A stretch of DNA of 64,000 bases. It comes from Nitrospirota bacterium (GTDB lineage: Bacteria; Nitrospirota; Nitrospiria; 2-01-FULL-66-17). The position numbers and the translations under genes are program-made. The DNA is taken from assembly GCA_049325295.1 (NCBI GenBank), contig JBMOMD010000037.1, positions 4,631 to 68,630 on the forward strand, in the 5' to 3' direction. The notes beneath the pieces were generated by a model. The model made no database searches. It had not been told where the DNA came from and saw only the letters and a program-made list of their open reading frames with translations. Positions within the stretch are counted from its first letter, which is position 1; each line of letters opens with the position of its first letter. Below, in pieces: positions 47,843-55,788 of this stretch.

Positions 47843-50800
47843 ATGGTGCTCCGCGTCATGGCCTGGGCCGTACTCCTGTCGGCACTCAGCGTGCCCGCCC
47901 AAGCCCTGATCTTGCCCCCCGACCCGTTTGACGCGACCGAGCGCTACGCGCTGCTGTTCTCGACGGCGGACGGCGCGATCACGCAGGTGCAGGCCCGACT
48001 GACCCGCCCGGCCGGCCCCGGCGAACTGATCGCGGAATTGGGCTACCAACACGGGCACGCGGCGCACGGGTATCCCGCGCAATACCTGGCCGTGTCCCGG
48101 CCGATCCCCCCGGACACGCTGCCTTCGGGCGGGCCGACCCTCGTCACGTTCGACTTTACCGATGCCCCGTTGCCGCCCGGGGCGCACCACCGCACGCTCA
48201 CGATCTATCTGGTGGGGCCCGACGACCCCGCGCCGCAACTGGTGGCCGAGTACCCGGGCGAACGGCTGTTGCTGCGGCCGGCGGGCGCCGTGGTCCAAAC
48301 CGATTTGTCGGCGGCGCAGACCGCGGAGGCGGGCGCCGTGGTGGTGGGCCCCCTGACCGTGGTGCGCGAGCGCGGGCGGCCCCAGACCGAAACGATCCGC
48401 TTCAACGTCGCGGAGACGAACGCGGTGTACTGGCTGTATCTGACCAACGGCGACGCCGAGGGGCAGGGCCGCGTTGCCGCGGCCGTGGTGACCCTCAACG
48501 GGCAGGAGCGCTTCCGGCCCGCAGAGTTCAATCGCCATGTCGCGGGCCTCACGCGGCAACTGACGGTGCAGCCGGGCGAGAACGTGCTGGCGGTCACCGT
48601 GCGGAGCGAACCCGGGGCCTCGCTCACGCTCACCGTGGTGCGCGAGGATGGGCGAGTGTGCCGGGCCTTGGGCCCCCACACGTTCGTGCGCGCCACCGGC
48701 AAGCCCGTGACCGAGGAGGTGTCCTTCGCGCGCCTGCCCCAACTGAGCGGTCCGTTCACCTTGCACGTGCGCAATGGGGACGAGACTGGGGCGCACCGTG
48801 TGGACTCAGGGGAAATCACTCTCAATGGCCAAGCGATCGTCATCGGCAACGACTTCAACGAGCAGGTGACCGAATTGTCCCGCACGGTCACGCTGCAAGC
48901 CCTCAATACCCTGCGAGTCCAGCTCAACGGCGCGCCGGGTGATCGGTTGACCCTGGAAATCACCGGGTTTGACAATGTGCCGCCGTCCGTGACGATCACG
49001 AGCCCCGCGCCGGGCACCGTGGTCACGGCCGGCCCGATCACCGTGACCGGCGTGGTGGATGACCCATCGGCCACGGTCACCGTCAACGGCGTGGTGGCCA
49101 CCGTGGCCCCGGACGGGACGTTTACCGCCGAGGGCGTGCCGTTGCACGAAGGCGACAACGTGCTCACCGTGGCGGCAACGGACTCCTGCGGCAACCAAGG
49201 CGCTACGAGCGTGACCGTGCGGTTGCAGACCGCGCCGGTGGGGCCGGAACTGGTGTTCTGCGCCGAGCGCTTCCGCGAACAAATCCCCCATCCGCCCGGG
49301 CCGGAGTGTGTGGATCGGGCCCTGGGGCGCACCTACGGGTTTGTCACGGGCGTGACCGACGAGACCGCGGTGACCATCACGATCAACGGCGTGCTGTTGC
49401 CGGACGGCGTGGAAGTGTGGGACCAGGGCCCGGTTCTCAACGGTATGCGCGAGGGCACGTTTTTCTGGGCGTTCGTGACCATTCCGCCGCCGGACGGCGA
49501 GCACGTCTACACCGCGACGGCAACCGATGCCCAGGGACAGCCCCGAACGGCCAGCGTGTATTTTTGGCGCGACACCGTGGCGCCGGTCGTCGTGATCACC
49601 GCGCCGGCCAACAACATGGCGGTCAATACCTCCACGCTGGCCATCACCGGCACGGTGGATGATCCGGAGGCCACCACGGTTCGCCTCAATTTCGGCACAC
49701 GGTTTCCAGTGGTCGACGGCCACTTCACGATCACCACCGCGCTGCCGTCCTTTGACGGGATCAGTAATTTCTCCGTCACGGCGCAGGATCTCTCCGGCAA
49801 CACGGGGTCTGCGACGCTGCGCATCATCCGCGATCGCACGCCGCCGGCGCTCACCGTGACCACGCCGCTCGAGGGCGCGGCCGTCAACACGCCGACCCTG
49901 ACCGTGGCGGGCACCGTGGTGGATCGCACGGTCGGCGTGCCGGTCACCGTGTCCGTCAACGGGCAGCCGCCCACGGCATTGCTTTCCAGCGGGTTGACAT
50001 ACAGCGGAGCCGTGACCGTGGCGCAGGGCCTGAACACGTTGGAGATCGTGGCCACGGACGAGGCAGGTAATACCAGCCGGCTGACGCGTACCGTCCTGCT
50101 GGACCTGGGGCCGCCGAGCGTGCAGCTTCTGGCGCCCGCAGCCGGTGCCGTGCTCACGGGCATGGTGTCGGTCGCGGCGGATGCGGCCGATGACGTGTCC
50201 GGGATCGCGCAGATCCAGCTGTTGATCGACGGGCAGGAGGTCGGCACCCAGCCCACCGCACCCTCCACCTTTGCGCTCGATACGCTCCAGGTGGCGGCGG
50301 GGAGCCGGACCCTGGCCGTGCAGGCCATGGACCGCGCGGGCAATACCGCGGAGGCGGCCATCACCGTGGAGGTAACGCCCCAACTCCGCGCGCAGATCAC
50401 CGCGCCCACGGATGGCGGCACGGTGCTGTACGCGCCGATCCTGGTACAGGGCACGATCGCCAATAACTACGGGGCGCCGGAAATCGGCATCACGGTGAAC
50501 GGCTACGTGGCGGAAACCCAGGGTGGGAAGTTCGCGGTGGACGGCGTGACCGTGGTCTCCGGGGCGAATAATATTACCGTCACAGCCACGGACGGCGCAG
50601 GAATAACCAGCACAGCGACGGTGAACGTGACGATCCCCCTAGGTGTCAGCGAGCCACCGGTCCAGCTGGAAATGATCTCTGTAAATCGGGTGGCGCCGGC
50701 GAGCGTGGCGTTCGACGCCAAGATCGCGACGGCATCGCCCATCGTGTCGTATCAAATAGATTTCGAGGGTGACGGCGTCGTTGATCTCACCGGCACGACT

Positions 50801-51223
50801 TGGAGCGCAATCACGCGAACGTATCAGAATACCGGCCTCTATCTACCCACGCTGACTGTACAGGATGCTCAAGGGACGACCTATACGGCCCGGACCGTGG
50901 TAAACATCTGGGATGCCGCAGCGCTCGATGTGTTGCTGCAAAGTAAATGGGCCGCGATGAGGAATGCGGCGTCTACAGGTGATCTCCAAGGGGTGTTGTT
51001 GAGCTTTCTCCCGCACGTCCGCGATCGGTATCAGGCCCTCTTTCTGCAGATCGGCACGGCGCTTCCTCAGGCGTTGGCGAGCATTGAACAGGTGCACCTG
51101 TTGGCTGTGACGGACTATGAAGCCGAGGCCGAGGGCATCCGCACGGAAAACGGAGTCGCCTACTCCTATCCGATTTCGTACCAACGCGATGCGCAGGGGT
51201 TCTGGAGATTTGGTGGATTTTGA
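47843..51223 (+). CDS. Large secreted Ig-like repeat protein (glucodextranase-B/Big/PKD-like domains, NTF2-like C-terminus)
   Basis: Signal peptide (AQA); repeats of DxxPPxVxITxP...VTGxVDD...N.LTVxATDxxGN; PKD-like YQIDFEGDG...TYQNTGLYLPTLTVQD; C-terminal ...QRDAQGFWRFGGF. Confidence 0.8.
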   Translation: MVLRVMAWAVLLSALSVPAQALILPPDPFDATERYALLFSTADGAITQVQARLTRPAGPGELIAELGYQHGHAAHGYPAQYLAVSRPIPPDTLPSGGPTLVTFDFTDAPLPPGAHHRTLTIYLVGPDDPAPQLVAEYPGERLLLRPAGAVVQTDLSAAQTAEAGAVVVGPLTVVRERGRPQTETIRFNVAETNAVYWLYLTNGDAEGQGRVAAAVVTLNGQERFRPAEFNRHVAGLTRQLTVQPGENVLAVTVRSEPGASLTLTVVREDGRVCRALGPHTFVRATGKPVTEEVSFARLPQLSGPFTLHVRNGDETGAHRVDSGEITLNGQAIVIGNDFNEQVTELSRTVTLQALNTLRVQLNGAPGDRLTLEITGFDNVPPSVTITSPAPGTVVTAGPITVTGVVDDPSATVTVNGVVATVAPDGTFTAEGVPLHEGDNVLTVAATDSCGNQGATSVTVRLQTAPVGPELVFCAERFREQIPHPPGPECVDRALGRTYGFVTGVTDETAVTITINGVLLPDGVEVWDQGPVLNGMREGTFFWAFVTIPPPDGEHVYTATATDAQGQPRTASVYFWRDTVAPVVVITAPANNMAVNTSTLAITGTVDDPEATTVRLNFGTRFPVVDGHFTITTALPSFDGISNFSVTAQDLSGNTGSATLRIIRDRTPPALTVTTPLEGAAVNTPTLTVAGTVVDRTVGVPVTVSVNGQPPTALLSSGLTYSGAVTVAQGLNTLEIVATDEAGNTSRLTRTVLLDLGPPSVQLLAPAAGAVLTGMVSVAADAADDVSGIAQIQLLIDGQEVGTQPTAPSTFALDTLQVAAGSRTLAVQAMDRAGNTAEAAITVEVTPQLRAQITAPTDGGTVLYAPILVQGTIANNYGAPEIGITVNGYVAETQGGKFAVDGVTVVSGANNITVTATDGAGITSTATVNVTIPLGVSEPPVQLEMISVNRVAPASVAFDAKIATASPIVSYQIDFEGDGVVDLTGTTWSAITRTYQNTGLYLPTLTVQDAQGTTYTARTVVNIWDAAALDVLLQSKWAAMRNAASTGDLQGVLLSFLPHVRDRYQALFLQIGTALPQALASIEQVHLLAVTDYEAEAEGIRTENGVAYSYPISYQRDAQGFWRFGGF

Positions 51224-51245
51224 AGGACAGCAGATCTAAACGGAC

Positions 51246-51875
51246 ATGAGAACGTGGCGGGCAGGGCTTGGCGTGATCTTGGCCGGGCTATTGGGCTGGT
51301 GCGTGACCGCCGAGGCGGGTTACCGAGGGCCGTTCGAGGGGCGGGTAATCGATGCTGAGACGCGACAACCGATCCAAGGGGCGGTGGTCTTCGTGGAGTG
51401 GCTGAGTGGAACCCCGACTCCTGCAGGTCGAATCGATGAGTTTTATGATGCCACGGAAGTATTGACCGATGAACAGGGGTATTTTCGCATCGAGAAGAAG
51501 GGGTCGTGGAATCCTTGGACGAATTGGATGCTCAAGGCGACCGGGTTGATTTACAAAGCAGGATATGGAGCTGTCACAAACCTGGGAGCGCCATCGGCTA
51601 TAAGACGAAGGGCGGAAATCCAGAAGTCTCGCTCGTCTGAAGAGCGAAGAAAGATGGGGCCAAATTGGTTTCATGATATCGAGTTTGAGAATGGACTGCC
51701 TGTGTTTCTGCTTAAGAGACTCACTACAGCAGAAGACCGCAGAAAGAATCTGGGAATCGCTCCAATTTTCGCTCCCCCAGAAGCAATGAGACGGCTCATC
51801 GAAGAGCAAAATCGAGAAGCAAGAGCTCTGGGAATGGAGAATGCCATTTTGCCGGTTCCCGCGCTACAGGAATAG
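51246..51875 (+). CDS. Exported protein with a carboxypeptidase-regulatory-like beta-sandwich
   Basis: Signal peptide (AEA); GRVIDAETRQPIQGAVV, TDEQGYFRI and IYKAGY; lower GC. Confidence 0.75.
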   Translation: MRTWRAGLGVILAGLLGWCVTAEAGYRGPFEGRVIDAETRQPIQGAVVFVEWLSGTPTPAGRIDEFYDATEVLTDEQGYFRIEKKGSWNPWTNWMLKATGLIYKAGYGAVTNLGAPSAIRRRAEIQKSRSSEERRKMGPNWFHDIEFENGLPVFLLKRLTTAEDRRKNLGIAPIFAPPEAMRRLIEEQNREARALGMENAILPVPALQE

Positions 51876-51878
51876 GAA

Positions 51879-54101
51879 ATGAAAACGGTGCGGAACGTCT
51901 CAAGAATGCTTGGGCCCAGCGTTCATCCATTGAAAGTAGTGTCCATGGGTGCACTCCTGAGCCTCTTAACGGTCTCGACTGGATTGGCATGGTCCGTTTC
52001 CACGCATCAGTTGCTGTCCCAGCGGGCAGCGGAAGTCTCGACCCTCGAGGAACGTATCTTGCCCGGCTTGGGATTCCGAGACTTTCAGGAATCACTCGCT
52101 GGCGAAGATTTTGATGGAAGAGTGCGGACGTACCAGATTGGGCAGTGGCTTCAGGACGGCGCGAAATTCGAGGATGACGGTTTTCCTGTTGCCAGATATT
52201 TGAACCACTTTCACAATCCCTTACGGCCATGGCCAGAGGCTGGTCTCAGTGACTTCGCCTCCGGCGACTCGTCACTACTTTGGGCCCAGTCAGCCGGTAG
52301 CCGGAGTAATCCGGGTTGGGCTTGGGGTGGAATACGGTCGGCTTATTACGAGGCTCTGACGTCTTCAAATATAAGCCAGAGAGAAGAGGCGTTTTCGAAG
52401 GTCTTTGCCGGGTTGGGACATTTGATCCATTTGGTTCAGGACGCAGCTCAACCAGCGCATACCCGGAATGACAATCACTTCTTTGAGGGCATTGGTCTTC
52501 TCAATGGAATGGAGAGTTGGGCGGAACGAGCGGAGGAGTTTGGTATGATCACGAACTTCGCCGCGACACCATTTTATCCATCCTTGTCCTTGACCACGGT
52601 CGGATCCGTCAATGGTCGACGTATTGACCCCATCTTCCAATTTTGGGACGCGGATATTTACGACGGCACGCAGGGAACATTGCCCTACGCAAACACCTTG
52701 GGCGCGGGATTGGCGGAATACACCAATGCGAACTTCTTCAGCGAGGACACGATTGGCTCGTTGTTGTGGTATCACCAGTTCCCGTTCCCGTTACTCAACC
52801 TAGCCGACTACCACACGTGTGAAGACGCAGCCCCGCCGGGTTCGCTGGTGACACGGCGCAAGTATGTGAGCCGGGGCGATTGTGTGCTCGATGGCCAACA
52901 GGGCCGTATCGATCATTTTCTCGCGCTTAGTTTGTTGCGCGGCGTGGATTGGCTCAATCCGGCGGCGATAACATCCGCGGACCGGATCGACGATCGTGTG
53001 CGGGAGGATTATGCAAGGGATTTAATTCCGCGTGCGGTGGGTTACTCCGCGGCGTTGATTGATTATTTCTTCCGTAACGACATCGAGATCACGCCGCCCG
53101 ACCGGTTTGTTTACGGCATTACTACTGCGGACGGATCGTTCACCGAAATCCGCCTGAAGGCCAGGAACATCACCAGCACCGGGGAACCGCTTTCCGGCGG
53201 GACGATTCAGCTTGTTCTGACCTATCGTCAAGCCCTTGAAGACCCGTACCGCGCGAACCTCGATAGGCCGGTACCGACCAGTTCGGAAGCGACCACGATC
53301 GTCGTCCCCGTGGCGAACAACGTGACCAGCATCCCCAGCGATGTGCCTGTGGAGCTGGTCTTTGACCTCTCCGGCACGCCGCTGCCGCGGCTGATCACGG
53401 ATCTGTACGCCCAAGTGGTTTATAAGGGTGCCTGGGGCACCGAGTCGGAGGCGGTCGCGGTGGGGTACAAGGATTTTTCCGAGCCGACGCCGTTCGACGT
53501 GATCAATACCATGGATTACGTCTGTTTGAACGGCCAATATCTCGTGGCGGGGAGCACCGCGGCCACGGCCGCTGCGGATGTCAATGGCAATGGGGTTATC
53601 GAGGATGCCGAACCCGGAGTCGATGTCAATGGCAACGGAGTGATCGAGGGGGCCGAACCCGACCCCTATCCGCACAGGCTGGTCGATGTCCTGCTTCTCT
53701 TTTCCCCAGTGGAAACGCCCGAAGACGTTGCGGCGGACCATTTCACCGTGCGCGTCCCCGAGATCAACCCGGCGCAGTATGCGCGGATGATGCTCATTAC
53801 GGAGCCTGAGTTTTCTTGGAGCAGTCGGGCGGGTGGAGGAAACTTGGATGACCGTGACCATCGGGTCACAGCGTGGGCGCCATTTACCTTGTCGATCCCG
53901 GCGGTGAAGAATCAGGACGGCGCGATGAATGTGCAGTTCTCGGACGTCCGGGGGCTACCCGTCTGGTCTCCGGTGTGGTATGCAAACCGCGAGTACCCGG
54001 AAAATGTCGTGTGCCCGTCCTCCGTGACGTGGACGGCGTCGCCGACGCTCACCGGGCCGGTGGCGATGGAAATCCGCTCGACACCGGGAGGCACGCCATG
54101 A
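51879..54101 (+). CDS. Secreted zinc-dependent phospholipase C/P1-nuclease-fold protein with C-terminal extension
   Basis: Signal peptide ending GLA exposes WSVSTH; FED, NHFH, GHLIHLVQDAAQPAH and NDNH...ME match the tri-zinc ligand order. Confidence 0.75.
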   Translation: MKTVRNVSRMLGPSVHPLKVVSMGALLSLLTVSTGLAWSVSTHQLLSQRAAEVSTLEERILPGLGFRDFQESLAGEDFDGRVRTYQIGQWLQDGAKFEDDGFPVARYLNHFHNPLRPWPEAGLSDFASGDSSLLWAQSAGSRSNPGWAWGGIRSAYYEALTSSNISQREEAFSKVFAGLGHLIHLVQDAAQPAHTRNDNHFFEGIGLLNGMESWAERAEEFGMITNFAATPFYPSLSLTTVGSVNGRRIDPIFQFWDADIYDGTQGTLPYANTLGAGLAEYTNANFFSEDTIGSLLWYHQFPFPLLNLADYHTCEDAAPPGSLVTRRKYVSRGDCVLDGQQGRIDHFLALSLLRGVDWLNPAAITSADRIDDRVREDYARDLIPRAVGYSAALIDYFFRNDIEITPPDRFVYGITTADGSFTEIRLKARNITSTGEPLSGGTIQLVLTYRQALEDPYRANLDRPVPTSSEATTIVVPVANNVTSIPSDVPVELVFDLSGTPLPRLITDLYAQVVYKGAWGTESEAVAVGYKDFSEPTPFDVINTMDYVCLNGQYLVAGSTAATAAADVNGNGVIEDAEPGVDVNGNGVIEGAEPDPYPHRLVDVLLLFSPVETPEDVAADHFTVRVPEINPAQYARMMLITEPEFSWSSRAGGGNLDDRDHRVTAWAPFTLSIPAVKNQDGAMNVQFSDVRGLPVWSPVWYANREYPENVVCPSSVTWTASPTLTGPVAMEIRSTPGGTP

Positions 54102-54112
54102 GGGTATTAGCG

Positions 54113-54277
54113 GGCACAGTTGGGGGCAGGCATGCGTATTGACTTATTGTCTGGTCCGTCCTCAACTATCGACTGCGGTTCAATAGTCAATACGCATGCC
54201 TGACCCTGATCTGTGTTCCGGTTCAATAGTCAATACGCATGCCTGACCCTGATCTGTGTTTGACCCTGATCTGTGTT
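54113..54277. repeat. ~104-bp hairpin element with tandem duplications of its right end
   Basis: Arms gcacagttgggggcaggcatgcgtattgac / gtcaatacgcatgcctgaccctgatctgtgt; the 42-bp unit 54176-54217 repeats at 54219-54260, and a 17-bp unit repeats at 54261-54277. Confidence 0.85.
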
Positions 54278-54287
54278 CTGGACCTTA

Positions 54288-54647
54288 ATGGAGAGTAAGA
54301 ATTTAAATGGCGTCTCAGATTTTGATGAGGGGATGGATGCCTTTAATGGCGGCGATTATGCAAAGGCATTTGCTCTGCTGAAACCTATCGCTGACCAAGG
54401 ACATGCCGAGGCACAGTGTATCATCGGAAATCTATACCATTTTGGATGGGGTGTAGAGCGAAATGTTCGTGAGGCCATTAGATGGTACACAAAGTCTTCA
54501 GAACGAGGCTACGGCCTCGCATCGAATAACCTCGGTAGCATATTTATGGCGGGAGAGGGTGATATTCCTGTAGATCGAAAGGCGGCTGAGCGGTGGTATC
54601 AAAAGGCTTGTCAGCAGGGGTTCCCTCACAGTCCACCGCACAAGTAA
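54288..54647 (+). CDS. Sel1/TPR repeat protein
   Basis: ADQGHAEAQCIIGNLYHFGWGV, AIRWYTKSSERG, ASNNLG and AERWYQKACQQG; low GC. Confidence 0.85.
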   Translation: MESKNLNGVSDFDEGMDAFNGGDYAKAFALLKPIADQGHAEAQCIIGNLYHFGWGVERNVREAIRWYTKSSERGYGLASNNLGSIFMAGEGDIPVDRKAAERWYQKACQQGFPHSPPHK

Positions 54648-54656
54648 GACGGAATA

Positions 54657-54758
54657 GGCACAGTTGGGGGTAGGCATGCGTATTGACTTATTGTCTGGTT
54701 CGTCCATCAACCGTCGACTGCGGTTCAATAGGCAATACGCATGCGTGACCCTGAACTG
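54657..54758. repeat. Second copy of the ~100-bp hairpin element (direct repeat of 54113-54216)
   Basis: ggcacagttgggggtaggcatgcgtattgacttattgtctgg...caatacgcatgcgtgaccctga. Confidence 0.85.
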
Positions 54759-54790
54759 CTGCGCGCGACAAGCGCCTGCCGGTATTGTGG

Positions 54791-54978
54791 TCAGTCGTGC
54801 AAGGTGGCCGGACCGGTAGTCGAACTTCGTGGCCCAGGCTGACGTGGTGAAACATGGCCGGATCTCGTAACGGGTCGTAGCGTTCGCCGGCCAGCACTGG
54901 TTCACAGTCAATCGTCTGTTCGCTACGGCCTTCCGTCAGTCGGATAGAAATCCAGAAGAATTGCCTGATCTCAGGCAT
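54791..54978 (-). pseudogene. Collapsed DUF4160-DUF2442 toxin-antitoxin-like pair remnant
   Basis: MPEIRQFFWISIRL (DUF4160-like start) is fused to EQTIDCEPVLAGERYDPLRDPAMFHHV, with frameshifted PATLHD* (DUF2442-like). Confidence 0.6.
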
Positions 54979-55046
54979 GTAGCCCACGCCAACGAGACCA
55001 GACTGACGGTCGATATTGAATGGTGTCAATCGACCGGAGGTCGTCC

Positions 55047-55075
55047 TTGATTCGCGTCTGGCGCGAGAGTAGACT
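55047..55075 (+). promoter_or_regulatory. Sigma70-like promoter (leaderless) of the methyltransferase gene
   Basis: TTGATT-17-TAGACT, 8 nt before the GTG. Confidence 0.5.
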
Positions 55076-55083
55076 ACGCGCCG

Positions 55084-55785
55084 GTGAGCGTCAGGGCTAC
55101 CGGAATTTATCGGGCGCAGCGGGACTATTTTCGCCGCGCGTATGAAACGGGCCGGCACGGGTGGCCGACGGTCGGGGTGTCGCCGATGGTGGCGCGATTT
55201 CTACGCTCGGCCAAGACGCGCGGCGGGCGCGTGTTGGATATCGGGTGCGGGGAGGGGCGCCACAGCGTGGCGTTCGCGCAGCGCGGGTTCGACGCGGTGG
55301 GCGTAGACCTGGAGCCCAAGGCGTTGGCGCGGGCGCGGGCCGCGGCCAAGGGCGCCGGGGCGCGGCCGTCGTTCATGCAGGCGAACGTATTTGCGCTGCC
55401 ATTCGCCCCCGAAAGTTTCGACGTCGTCATGGACTACGGGTGCCTGCACCACGTGCGGCGGTCGGACACGCGGCGGTATCTCGATCAGGTGACGCCGGTG
55501 GTCAAGCCCGGCGGCTATTTTTTGCTCTCCTGTTTTTCCACCAAGTTCAAGCACCATCCGAACGAGCGCCGCACCAGGAACTGGCTGGTGCACGCGGGGC
55601 ATTACGACCGGTTTTTTCGCCGCGCGGATTTCCGGCCGCTGTTCGGCCGCTGGTTCGACATTCTCGATCTGACCGAAGACCGCGAAGGGACGTACGTGTT
55701 TCACAATGTGCTGATGCGAAAGCGCGGGAACAGCGACGGCCGGCCGTCACGCGGCATGAATCGTCCCGCGCGGAGGCGAGCGTAA
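55084..55785 (+). CDS. Class I SAM-dependent methyltransferase
   Basis: VLDIGCGEGRH, GVD, FDVVMDYGCLHH and VKPGG motifs. Confidence 0.9.
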   Translation: MSVRATGIYRAQRDYFRRAYETGRHGWPTVGVSPMVARFLRSAKTRGGRVLDIGCGEGRHSVAFAQRGFDAVGVDLEPKALARARAAAKGAGARPSFMQANVFALPFAPESFDVVMDYGCLHHVRRSDTRRYLDQVTPVVKPGGYFLLSCFSTKFKHHPNERRTRNWLVHAGHYDRFFRRADFRPLFGRWFDILDLTEDREGTYVFHNVLMRKRGNSDGRPSRGMNRPARRRA

Positions 55786-55788
55786 ATT

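Noticed and set aside
54113-54277. Possible CRISPR array
   Set aside because: The repeats are adjacent partial duplications without unique spacers, and there are no cas genes.
55016-55029. FNR-like box TTGAA-N4-GTCAA
   Set aside because: It has two mismatches and is a single instance next to a pseudogene, so support is insufficient.
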